Shown in pieces: positions 35,776-45,600 of a DNA stretch of 49,340 bases. A model generated the notes under the pieces. The model did no database searches, was not told where the DNA came from, and worked only from the letters and a program-made list of their open reading frames with translations. The first letter of the stretch is position 1. The number at the start of each line of letters is the position of its first letter. This DNA comes from a bacterium (GTDB taxonomy: Bacteria; Patescibacteriota; Minisyncoccia; Phycocordibacterales; UBA5272). The DNA is taken from assembly GCA_043771335.1 (NCBI GenBank), contig JAYVHM010000005.1:1-49340 (forward strand). The letters run 5' to 3'. A program made the translations under genes and the position numbers.

Positions 35776-36414
35776 CTAGAGGAAAATCCTAAATATAAAA
35801 TCAACTATATCTCTGTATATAAACGAAAACAAATATGAACCAGCAAATATGGCAATAATCATACTGACTGGGTTGTATTCCAAATGCTGGAATCTGTGAT
35901 TGAGGCTAGGGAAAATGCTGCGCAATATGCCCATACCATCAAATGGTGGAATAGGGAGAAGATTGAAAAATCCAAGACCGATATTCACTATTGCTATCTT
36001 GAAAAATAATTCAGAGTTAAGCTTTAAGGTGTCTGAAATATTTTGCAATAAAGTATTACTAAAATCAGACATTGAGACTTTCATTAACATTAAAAAAACA
36101 AATGCTATAATAAAATTAGTAATAATGCCGGCCGCACTAACAAAGAACTCTTTCAATCTACTGCCTCCGAGATTAGCCATATTTACCGGCACCCCCTTTG
36201 CCCAGCCAAAAACTCCATAACCCATAAGCACAGCAGTAACTGGAATAAGGACACTGCCCACTGGATCAATATGTGGTGCAGGATTGAAAGACAGTCTGCC
36301 TGCATGCTTTGCAGTATTATCACCGCACAAATAAGCTATATAGCCGTGGGCTATCTCATGTAATATAATAGAATATATAACTATTACTATGTAGACAATG
36401 GTGTCAAAACTCAT
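35776..36414 (-). CDS. Site-2 protease family (peptidase M50) integral membrane metalloprotease
   Basis: HEIAHGY zinc motif inside the first TM segment. FNLLPIPPFDG motif. Multiple TM segments. Confidence 0.85.
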   Translation of the reverse strand: MSFDTIVYIVIVIYSIILHEIAHGYIAYLCGDNTAKHAGRLSFNPAPHIDPVGSVLIPVTAVLMGYGVFGWAKGVPVNMANLGGSRLKEFFVSAAGIITNFIIAFVFLMLMKVSMSDFSNTLLQNISDTLKLNSELFFKIAIVNIGLGFFNLLPIPPFDGMGILRSIFPSLNHRFQHLEYNPVSMIIAIFAGSYLFSFIYRDIVDFIFRIFL

Positions 36415-36469
36415 AAATACATTATAGCATAAAATAATATTTATAATAAAAATCTGCTATAATATATCT

Positions 36470-38155
36470 ATGAAAAAAGATTTAAAATATGTTTTTATCG
36501 TTGGTGGTGTTATGAGTGGGGTGGGTAAAGGTATAACTACGGCCAGTCTCGCTAATATATTTAAATACAAAGGATACAATGTGAGTGCCATGAAAATAGA
36601 CCCATATATTAATGTAGACGCAGGAACCATGAACCCTGTAGAACACGGAGAAGTCTTTGTAACTCATGACGGAGATGAGTGTGATCAAGATATGGGCAAT
36701 TATGAGAGATTCTTAAATGTTAATCTATCTAGAAGCAACTACATGACTACTGGGCGCGTATATCTCGATGTTATAAAAAAAGAGCGAGCCCTAAAGTATG
36801 GAGGTAAGTGCGTCCAAGTAGTGCCTCACATACCGCTGGAGGTAATAGAAAGGGTAAATATAGCAGCAGAAAAAGAAAAAGCAGAAATTATGTTCATAGA
36901 AATAGGTGGTACGGTAGGTGAATATGAGAACTTACTTTTTCTAGAAGCTATCAAAATGCTAAAATATAAAAACCCAAATAATGTGGCGACGGTTATGGTC
37001 TCGTATTTACCCACACCATTTGAGGGTGGTGAGATAAAAACAAAACCAACACAACATGCAGTGCGCGCACTGAACGCTGTCGGACTTTTCCCTGATATAA
37101 TAATAGCTAGATGCAAAAATCAATTAGACAAAATTAGGAAAGAAAAAATAGCTGTTATGTGTAGTGTGCCAGCTGAATCAATAATCTCAGCTCCTGACGT
37201 GGAAAGCATATATGACATAGTTGGTAATTTTGAAAAAGATAAAGTAAGTGAAATAATAATTAAAAAACTGTCATTAAAAAACAAAGACAAAGTAAGTAAA
37301 GAAAAGAATCCAGTAATAGATTTATCTAAAAAAATATCAAAAATAAACAGTGGCGGGAAAAATATTATTAAGATTGGATTAGTTGGAAAATATTTTGATT
37401 CGGGGGACTTTGTAATTAGTGACTCTTATGTGTCTGTAATAGAGGCTGTAAAATACAGTGCTTATGGCCAAAATGTAAAGCCGGAATTAACCTGGATAAA
37501 TGCACTGGATTTTGAGGTGGTGGGCAAAAATACAAAAAAACAAGCAGAAAAAAACCTGAATAAATTAAAAGACTTTGACGCGATAATAGTTCCTGGAGGT
37601 TTTGGTACCCGTGGCGTAGAAGGTATAATCAGCTCTATAAAATATATAAGAGAAAATAACATACCGTTCCTTGGCATATGTTATGGCATGCAATTAGCGG
37701 TAGTTGAGTATGCCAGAAATATTTTAGATTTAAAAGATACAAACACTACAGAAGTAAATCCTAAAACTAAAAATAATATTATAGATATACAACATTCTCA
37801 AATAGACAAGTTGGCAGGGGGAGATATGGGTAATAGCATGAGGCTCGGTGATTATGTATGTAATATAAAAGAAAAGATAAATAACATAGAAACTTTGGCA
37901 TATAAAGTATTTAAAAATAGAAAAATAATTGAAAGACATAGGCATAGATATGAAGTAAATAATAAATATATAGAAAGCTTAGAAAAACTTGGTATGAGCG
38001 TGAGTGGATATTCTGATTCTGGATTGGTAGAAATAATAGAAATAACTAAAAATAAATATTTTATCGGCATACAATCACATCCTGAGTTCTTGGTTAGACC
38101 GGGAGTTACTCACCCACTTTTTGATGGTCTTATAAAGGCTGGACTAAGTAAATAA
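36470..38155 (+). CDS. pyrG: CTP synthase
   Basis: KYVFIVGGVMSGVGKGITTASL...KIDPYINVDAGTMNPVEHGEVFVT.DG.E.D.D.GNYERF. The glutaminase domain carries GICYGMQ and HRHRYEVN. Confidence 0.97.
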   Translation: MKKDLKYVFIVGGVMSGVGKGITTASLANIFKYKGYNVSAMKIDPYINVDAGTMNPVEHGEVFVTHDGDECDQDMGNYERFLNVNLSRSNYMTTGRVYLDVIKKERALKYGGKCVQVVPHIPLEVIERVNIAAEKEKAEIMFIEIGGTVGEYENLLFLEAIKMLKYKNPNNVATVMVSYLPTPFEGGEIKTKPTQHAVRALNAVGLFPDIIIARCKNQLDKIRKEKIAVMCSVPAESIISAPDVESIYDIVGNFEKDKVSEIIIKKLSLKNKDKVSKEKNPVIDLSKKISKINSGGKNIIKIGLVGKYFDSGDFVISDSYVSVIEAVKYSAYGQNVKPELTWINALDFEVVGKNTKKQAEKNLNKLKDFDAIIVPGGFGTRGVEGIISSIKYIRENNIPFLGICYGMQLAVVEYARNILDLKDTNTTEVNPKTKNNIIDIQHSQIDKLAGGDMGNSMRLGDYVCNIKEKINNIETLAYKVFKNRKIIERHRHRYEVNNKYIESLEKLGMSVSGYSDSGLVEIIEITKNKYFIGIQSHPEFLVRPGVTHPLFDGLIKAGLSK

Positions 38156-38167
38156 TCAAAACAAAAA

Positions 38168-38953
38168 ATGAAAACAAAAAATATAAAATTAATAAGCTGG
38201 AATGTGAATGGTATACGCGCTGGACTACGCAAAGATACATTGAAACAAATGTTCGAAGGAGATTTAAAATCTGACATAATAGCCCTGCAAGAGACAAAAT
38301 GTGAACCAGCACAACTGACTGAAGAGCAATTAAATTATTATGGATATAAAAGTATTTTTGAAAGTGCAAAAAATAGAAAAGGTTACTCGGGTGTTGCTAT
38401 ATACTCTACCCTGCCCTTTACATTGGTCCATGCCACTATGAATAAAAAAGATTTTTATGATGAGGAAGGCAGGACGCTAGTAGCAGAATTTGAAGAATTT
38501 TATTTTATAAATTGTTATTTTCCTAATGGCGGGAAAAGCCAAGAACACTATCTATATAAATTAGAATATTATAAACACTTTTTAGAGCTTGCTCAAAAGC
38601 TGGAAAAGAAGAAACCTGTTATTTTTACTGGGGATATAAATGCGACGAATACTGATATCGATCTGGCGAGACCAAAAGAAAACAAAGACAAGCTGGGATG
38701 TACCGAGCCAGAGAGGACTGCACTTAAAAAATTTACCAATAACTTTGTAGATACATACAGAAAAATAAATGGTGAGAAAATACAATATACTTGGTGGGAT
38801 ATGAAAACAAGAAGCAGGGAGAAAAATGTTGGTTGGCGTATAGACTATTTTTATACTTCTAAGAGCTTAGAGTCTGCGATAGTGGGGGCGAAAATACATG
38901 ATGATATTTTTGGTAGTGATCATTGTCCTATTAGCTTAGAGGTTAAGATGTAA
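38168..38953 (+). CDS. xth: Exodeoxyribonuclease III (AP endonuclease, EEP fold)
   Basis: Contains KLISWNVNGIRA, ALQETK, GDINATNTDIDL and SDHCPISLEV. Confidence 0.93.
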   Translation: MKTKNIKLISWNVNGIRAGLRKDTLKQMFEGDLKSDIIALQETKCEPAQLTEEQLNYYGYKSIFESAKNRKGYSGVAIYSTLPFTLVHATMNKKDFYDEEGRTLVAEFEEFYFINCYFPNGGKSQEHYLYKLEYYKHFLELAQKLEKKKPVIFTGDINATNTDIDLARPKENKDKLGCTEPERTALKKFTNNFVDTYRKINGEKIQYTWWDMKTRSREKNVGWRIDYFYTSKSLESAIVGAKIHDDIFGSDHCPISLEVKM

Positions 38954-38961
38954 CTTAGGTG

Positions 38962-39006
38962 TATAAAAATAAAAGCGCGACCAAAGGTCGCGCTTTTATT
39001 TTTATA
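38962..39006. terminator. Bidirectional terminator, third copy of the AAAAGCGCGACC/GGTCGCGCTTTT hairpin (21-bp stem)
   Basis: tataaaaataaaagcgcgacc-aaa-ggtcgcgcttttatttttata. Confidence 0.75.
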
Positions 39007-39043
39007 GTTAATCTTCTTTAGACACTTTCTAATATTTTAAAAA

Positions 39044-39502
39044 TTAGTAAGCGTAAGTAGGATTAGATATTACGTGAGCTTTTTCTCCATGATCCTTAAC
39101 TCCACAGGCCTTCATGTCTACTTCAAAAGTAGTCCAAGTTGCTTTTCTAGCAGCTCTCATTTTGTCATGAGCTGTCTGCATAGATGTTTTAAAAGTAGTC
39201 CAAGCAGCTTTTTTTGCTGTATTTCTAGCTGTCTTATCACTAATACCCCAAGCAGCTTTTAAAGCATCTTTTCTAGCTAAAAGTGCAGCTCTGGTAGAAG
39301 ATGCCATAGCATCGCTGGCTGCCATTATTAATGTCTCTCTCTTATCTACAGCATTTACTGCGCAAGCAAGAGTCGTAGTTGATAATGTACTAGAAGCTTT
39401 TTCAGAACGTAAAAGAAAAGATCTATTTTCATTACCTTCATTTGCGCTAGCAAATGATAATAACGATAACCCTAAAGCTAATGGTAAAAGTATTTTTTTC
39501 AT
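39044..39502 (-). CDS. Hypothetical secreted protein (152 aa) with an internal 22-aa repeat
   Basis: Signal peptide MKKILLPLALGLSLLSFASA. Repeated K(K/A)AW(T/G)TF motif. The underlying DNA repeat aaaagtagtccaag..gctttt occurs at 39125 and 39191. Confidence 0.65.
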   Translation of the reverse strand: MKKILLPLALGLSLLSFASANEGNENRSFLLRSEKASSTLSTTTLACAVNAVDKRETLIMAASDAMASSTRAALLARKDALKAAWGISDKTARNTAKKAAWTTFKTSMQTAHDKMRAARKATWTTFEVDMKACGVKDHGEKAHVISNPTYAY

Positions 39503-39615
39503 ATTTTTATTTATTTTATATATATTAATAAGAGTGACAAAGCTTTTACTGTAAAGTTTTATACTCTCTTAATATATATAACAGATTAGGATTAAATAGC
39601 GTGACAATGAAATCA

Positions 39616-40293
39616 TTAAAAAGATGTAGACAAATCTTTGAAATCTTGTCTTATGTTTTGACTATTTTTTAAGAAACTTCCTACCGCAAAGCTATCCGCT
39701 CCTGCTGCTTTACATAATTTTATATTATTTGTATTCATTGCTCCGTCTATTTGTATATATTTTTGATTTGAAAACATGTCACCAGAGCTTTTGCTTCTTT
39801 TGTTAAGGAAGTTTTTTATATTTTCTATTTTGTTTAAAATATTTTTATCAAAAGTTTTTCCCTGTTCCCCTATTTCTCTTATTCCCATGATTTGTACATA
39901 ATCAAAAAACAAATAATTATCGTAAACACGACTAAGTTCATCGCTATGCTTTATGGCTATGCCAACTTTTATTATATTGTTATGAGACTTTATCTCAGAA
40001 TATATTTTCCTGTATTCTAAATCACTAAAACAAGAAAGATGTATTATTATAAACTTTGCATCGTATGCATATAGACTCTTAAGCAGACTCCTGGGATCAG
40101 AAACCATAAGATCGAACTCTAAGTCTATATTGTAACCATTAATGTGATCGTGTGCATTTGGTAACCATGTCTTACTTTTTACGTATAATCCATCGCACAC
40201 ATCTATTTGTATCTTTCTGCTTAAGGTAGAATACCTCTCTAAATATAGCAAAACTTTATCATAATCTTTTTCTAAAATAGCTGGTATTATCAT
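39616..40293 (-). CDS. rpe: Ribulose-phosphate 3-epimerase-like TIM-barrel protein
   Basis: IPAIL..., IQIDVCDGLYV, FDLMVSDP, IIIHLS, IQIDGAMN and AGADSFAVGSFL follow the order of Rpe motifs (xHxDxMDG, DxHLM, H.E, DGG, GS), but the sequence is divergent. Confidence 0.55.
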   Translation of the reverse strand: MIIPAILEKDYDKVLLYLERYSTLSRKIQIDVCDGLYVKSKTWLPNAHDHINGYNIDLEFDLMVSDPRSLLKSLYAYDAKFIIIHLSCFSDLEYRKIYSEIKSHNNIIKVGIAIKHSDELSRVYDNYLFFDYVQIMGIREIGEQGKTFDKNILNKIENIKNFLNKRSKSSGDMFSNQKYIQIDGAMNTNNIKLCKAAGADSFAVGSFLKNSQNIRQDFKDLSTSF

Positions 40294-40320
40294 AGATATA
40301 TTATAGCAAATAAAACCTCT

Positions 40321-40785
40321 TTACTTCAAGGTAATTGTTTTTATTAATTTATCTTCCTTGGCATCATACATAACGAGTAGCGTGGGATAAGCGATAAGAT
40401 AGTCATCTTTTTTCAAATCATTATACATGGGAGAAACTTTTTGCAAGACCATCGGGTCTTTTACTTTTATAAAAAGACTAGCCTCTCCTTTTGGTAAAGT
40501 TATTATATTTTTAACTTTATCCATAACTTGTTCTTTTGTTAAAATTACATTTTCTATCTCTACTTTTTCTACTTTTTGTATATCATTAATTTTCTTATCT
40601 TCTTTTTCTTGACTATACTTTTGCATAACTTTTCCACTGACACCAACTATCATACTGAGAGACTTTTTTGTTACAGCATACATGGAGAACATCAAAAATA
40701 TTACGACAAAAACAAGCGTCATCAATCTGACCAGACTGATTCTTTTTATTTTCTTTTTATTTATTTTTAGATTTTTATCTTTCAT
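40321..40785 (-). CDS. Hypothetical membrane-anchored protein (154 aa), divergent third member of a paralog family
   Basis: N-terminal TM segment (LVRLMTLVFVVIFLMFSMYAV). The C-terminal domain ITLPKGEASLFIKVKDPMVLQK...DDYLIAYPTLLVMYDAKEDKLIKT aligns by eye with the ORFs at 41851 and 42231. Confidence 0.65.
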   Translation of the reverse strand: MKDKNLKINKKKIKRISLVRLMTLVFVVIFLMFSMYAVTKKSLSMIVGVSGKVMQKYSQEKEDKKINDIQKVEKVEIENVILTKEQVMDKVKNIITLPKGEASLFIKVKDPMVLQKVSPMYNDLKKDDYLIAYPTLLVMYDAKEDKLIKTITLK

Positions 40786-40803
40786 ATTTTTGATTTATAA
40801 AGT

Positions 40804-41826
40804 TTAATTATTTCTGTATTGACTATCTATTTTGTTATAAACATACTCTGACGTTTTATAAATAGCATCTATAAGCTTGCTAACATCTTGTCCTCTAGTC
40901 ATAACACATAATAGATACGGGTGATCTGGGTAGTAAATAATACCGCAATCATGGAACTGTTGGAGACTATCTGTCGGCTTCCTCTCGCCAAATTTGTGAG
41001 ATATAGGAATACTGAGTGGCACACCCTTCCTCACCCCCTGCTCAAAAGTTGACTGTGATAGTAACTTGAGGGCATACTCTGAATTAGATTGTGACAAGAA
41101 AGATGCATTAAAAAGTATTCTAAAAAATATACTGTATTGTGTTATAGAGAGAGCGCTTTTTGGGTCTGTCATGATATTTACATCTACTCCAGTGAGTGAG
41201 TATAGGTCTTGTTGATAAGACACAGGTAATCTTTGGTACAATAAGACCAGGGCCTGATTGTCGGAATATTTTACCATACTCTCCATGAGCTCTCTGGCAG
41301 TGTATGTTCTACCCACTTCTAGTGGTATAGTAGGCGCAAACTCTTGTGTGTAGCCGACACTCACCTCTTTTTCAAACTTTATCTTCTCATCCATAACTTC
41401 TGGTTTATCTTCTGACCATTTGAGATAAGCTATTAGTATAGGAACCTTTAAGAGGCTAGCTGGAGCAAAAGCTTCATTTGCATTGATGCTTATCACTGGT
41501 CCATTGTTGAGGTCGCGATAGTATACAGAGATATCTTTTAGATTTTCCTTTTCTTTTATTTCTTCTGAGAAGTCTTTTAGGTCTGGTGAGAAGTCTAACT
41601 TTTTCGAAGAGATAGTGTCTCTTGCTATCTCACATTCCAGAAGAGGATTTGTGAATCCAAGCTTACTCCCTGCTCTTAACTCTACATCTTGTTCTGCATT
41701 TGAAACAGAGAAATTATTTGCAAAAACATAACCAGATAATAATCCAATGCACAATAAAAATATATAACTAAGAATTACTCTTGGTGTTAAGAACTTTATT
41801 ATATTTTTAATGGTATTGTTTTTCAT
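40804..41826 (-). CDS. Membrane-anchored serine hydrolase with a class-A beta-lactamase/PBP-like fold
   Basis: N-terminal TM segment. SLLK (SxxK), YSDN (SDN) and HKFG (KTG-like) occur with spacing close to class A beta-lactamase numbering (70/130/234). Confidence 0.62.
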   Translation of the reverse strand: MKNNTIKNIIKFLTPRVILSYIFLLCIGLLSGYVFANNFSVSNAEQDVELRAGSKLGFTNPLLECEIARDTISSKKLDFSPDLKDFSEEIKEKENLKDISVYYRDLNNGPVISINANEAFAPASLLKVPILIAYLKWSEDKPEVMDEKIKFEKEVSVGYTQEFAPTIPLEVGRTYTARELMESMVKYSDNQALVLLYQRLPVSYQQDLYSLTGVDVNIMTDPKSALSITQYSIFFRILFNASFLSQSNSEYALKLLSQSTFEQGVRKGVPLSIPISHKFGERKPTDSLQQFHDCGIIYYPDHPYLLCVMTRGQDVSKLIDAIYKTSEYVYNKIDSQYRNN

Positions 41827-41850
41827 GTTTTGCTTTTTATTTATTTTTTA

Positions 41851-42222
41851 TTAATTGTTTAAATTGATACCTCCCACCTCAATGATCTTGTTCATTGATG
41901 GACTATATAGTATTACTTTTTTGATATTACTGTATATGAGTATCTTGTCTCCTGCTTGCGCCTTTGCAAAGAATGGCTGCCCTTCTAATTTCTTCGGATC
42001 TGTTACTGTGGCGAGTGTTGGCGTCTCATCTTCTGGTAATATCATTAGCTTTGAAACTTTTTTTATAACTTGCTCTAACTCTTTTTGTGAGTCACCACTG
42101 GTGTCAGCTTTTCTCATCGCAAAGTAGTATCCACCTCCAGTAAATATGCCAGCAATTATAAGAATTGGGATAAATCTTATGGCTAGCCTTATTATTGTTT
42201 TGTTTATGTTTATTTTTTTCAT
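41851..42222 (-). CDS. Hypothetical membrane-anchored protein (123 aa), paralog family member
   Basis: TM anchor, then LMILPEDETPTLATVTDPKKLEGQPFFAKAQAGDKILIYSNIKKVILYSPSMNKIIEV. About 55% identical by eye to the C-terminal domain of the next ORF. Confidence 0.7.
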   Translation of the reverse strand: MKKININKTIIRLAIRFIPILIIAGIFTGGGYYFAMRKADTSGDSQKELEQVIKKVSKLMILPEDETPTLATVTDPKKLEGQPFFAKAQAGDKILIYSNIKKVILYSPSMNKIIEVGGINLNN

Positions 42223-42230
42223 GTTTTTGT

Positions 42231-42608
42231 TTAATTTGTTTTGGTAATTATTGGTGCTATTTCTACTATTTTGTCTCCTGTTGGTCTGTATAATATTGCC
42301 TTCTTGGCGAGACTATATATCAAGACCTTGTCTCCCTTTTCTGCATTTGTAAAGAAGGGATACTTTTTTAACTGTTCTGGATCTGAGACTGTGGCCAGTG
42401 TCGGCACTTCATCTTTTGGTAATACTATGTGAGTCCCTACTTTACTAATCACCTCTACTCTCTCCCTCTCGGCTACATCTACCATGTCCACCTTACCCTT
42501 GTCTGGATAAAAATATTTCCACCCGATAAATATTAGTAAGGATAATATAATTACAAATAGAAATCTTATTATTGCTTTTGTTTTTAGTTTTATTTTTGTT
42601 TTTTGCAT
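42231..42608 (-). CDS. Hypothetical membrane-anchored protein (125 aa), paralog family member
   Basis: TM anchor, then HIVLPKDEVPTLATVSDPEQLKKYPFFTNAEKGDKVLIYSLAKKAILYRPTGDKIVEI. It starts 26 nt after the giant gene's stop codon. Confidence 0.7.
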   Translation of the reverse strand: MQKTKIKLKTKAIIRFLFVIILSLLIFIGWKYFYPDKGKVDMVDVAERERVEVISKVGTHIVLPKDEVPTLATVSDPEQLKKYPFFTNAEKGDKVLIYSLAKKAILYRPTGDKIVEIAPIITKTN

Positions 42609-42634
42609 ATTTTTAATTTTAGGATTTTATAATT

Positions 42635-45600
42635 CTATTGACCATTTACTGGTATTTCTGAAGGTGTGTTAGTGGTATTGTTTTCTGTAGTACTTGACGT
42701 AGTATCTGTTGTTGTGTTTATATCAGGAATAATCTCGTCTGTTGTGGTGCTAGTAATATTTGACTCTGTTGTAGTTGACGTATCACCTTCAGTAGTAAAA
42801 GTATTTATATTTTCTGCTGTGCTAGTGGCTACTTCGAGTGAAGTAAATACTTTTGCATCCTTGATGGCGAGCGCCATCCACATAAAGGTTATATCTTCGT
42901 TTGGTGCTTTGTTAAGTAGGATTGTGAATCCTTTTGTGTTTCTCTTTGTTACTATAAACTTAAGACTTTCATCAAAAGCTGCAAGCTCCCTGATCTCTAA
43001 CGTACTAGTTGCCTCATCTGAGAATGATATAGAGGCTACTACTGATGGAGATTCTATATACTCTTTATCAAATATAATCTCTACTGATTTTGCTCCTTTT
43101 TTGATTATAGCTGTTCCTCCCATATCATGATTAAAATATGGTCTACCAAAGAACTCCACATCACCAAGAAGTGCAAGCACTGAATTATCTGTTCCTATAG
43201 TGTTAACAAGTAATCCACCGCGTAATACAGCTTGACCGCTTACAGATAACGATTCTGTCTTAACCTCTTTAGCTACTATCTCTCCCGCAAAGAATGCATT
43301 ACCTTTCATGTCAAAAGCAATAACTTCATCTGGGCCAAATATTGAAACTTCTGTAGTTGTTGCTGTTGTGCTTGCGATGTTGTCTGTACTACTAGCAAAT
43401 TCATCTGTGCTAGTTGCTGTAGCTACTGTGCTAGTAGATTTACTAAACATCACCATTCTACCATCAGCAGTGAATCTAAAACCAATATCTCCTGTAGTAG
43501 AAACTAGTGCATCAGTCACAACCTTCTTAGCAATTATAACTTCTGCTGATATTCTGAACCCTTCGATATTTGTTATATGCGCCTCGCGGGCCGCTAATAT
43601 ATCTGTGATTATTTTTGGAGCGATAACTTCTGAGATAACGTGGACATTCTGAGCAAATATATCTGATTGACCATTTAGATTGGCTTCATTTTCTTCTTTT
43701 ATTTTCTTTAAGAATGCGAGAACTTCTGTGTCGTGAGTTGTAGCTATAGAGTTAAATCCTAGTGTACTAGTCGCACCATTTGCTGTTACTCCATAACCCT
43801 CTACTCCAGCTACAGATAATCCTGTCTCATTATATAGCGCTGTAGTATCTGAGTGATTTGATGACCATTCATCCATGGCTACTTGTATTGATCCTCCTTT
43901 GTAGTCTACAAGATTTACGAACATCATAACTACTCCACACTTTACATTCTCTCGGAGTCCAGCAGCTACTCCAGGACAAACTTTCATATTACCCTCTGTC
44001 AGATCCTCCATAGCTTTACCTATTACGCGTCCAGCATATGTTGCCTTCATGGCGTAACCAGGAATAGATGCAGAAGTTAAATAGTCACCAGCTCTCACTG
44101 GTCCATTCTCAGTGCTAACCTTTACCGGTACACGTCCGACAAGTCCTATCGGATATGAATCTTCGGTGAATGCACCAGCGATGAATCCAGGCGCTGTACT
44201 CACAACTCCGAGCATGCCTTCTTGATATGCTCCTGTTGATTTCTTTACTCCATGATTATTCATATAGTCTGAAACCACAACATCTCCAGCCTCTAGGTAA
44301 TCAGTAGAAGTATAACGCTCCGCGAGGTCGGCACCTCCCGAATAGAATCCACCACTTGCTCCTGTATAAACATTACCAGATGTGGTCACCCTCATTACAT
44401 TTAATCCATTATCTTGTAGAGTAAGTAAGTCCATACCATTATTCACCTTGTACTCACTCACTGTTGGTAGTGATATGGTACGATATGGATAAACCATACC
44501 TCCTCCTGTGTTATAAACACCACTCAAGGCTCCACCAAAAGTTGGAAAATCACGACGAAAATTAACTACTACTTGCACCCATGTCTCACCACCCGCATTG
44601 TTGATGCTAGACCCACTTATTCCTATAGTGTTATACCCAGTAGAAGATAGTCCTGACTGAGTAGTTGAAGCACGTATTTCCATACGGACAAAGTTGTCTG
44701 GGGCTTGCTTCCATTCTAATGTAGAGTTAGCAGCGAGTGCAGGGACATTCATCTGCTCAGATAGATATTGACCCTCGGCATACCATCCAGCATCATAAGT
44801 AAGCACTGATGCAGTAGAGCTACCATTTATCATTACCCACTTACCATCAGGACGTTGAAATGATATAGCACCGACTCCTTGACCTATCAAGGTAGATGGT
44901 CCAGACACTGTAGATCCAAGCTGTGTACCTACTGCAAAAGTAGAACCATTTGGATCATATATAGTGCTGAGTGTAACAGAAGAAGACGCGTGTATAATAA
45001 GGAATGTACCGTCAGCGCGTGGTATCATGTGGGCCCCACGACTAGCAACAGCAGATAGAGCAGGTCCTGCAATAGTCGTACCGTTAACAGCATTAATAAT
45101 ATTTGTAGAGTTGGCAGGTATACCTGCAGCACCTGACTGTGCTGTTATAGACAACCACTGACCATCAGACTTTTGAAAAGCAAAGGCTCCGCAACCGTGT
45201 GCTGTAGTGAATGCAGTACCTGCTGAAAAAGATTTGGCTGCTGGATTATAAACCATAGCCGTAGTAGCACCAGCGACTCCAGGAGCAACACCTACAGAAG
45301 TTTTGTATGTACCATTTTGTAATGGTATCGCAAAGAATCCACAGTTAGCCGCAGTAGTTAATACTGGCCCAGCTATCATAGTGTTACGCACTGGATCATA
45401 GAGAGATGAAGTCGTTAATGCTCCACCGTGAACTATTGTAAATGTGCCATCAGTGTTAGGTATTGCAGATGCTCCTAGCGCCGCGACTCCTGAGAGTATT
45501 GGTCCTGCTGAGAAAGTGTTAGTGTCAGCATTATAAATATTTGTAACTGCAGTAGAACTTCCCATCACAACCAAGAACTTACCGTCTGGTCTCTTGAGGG

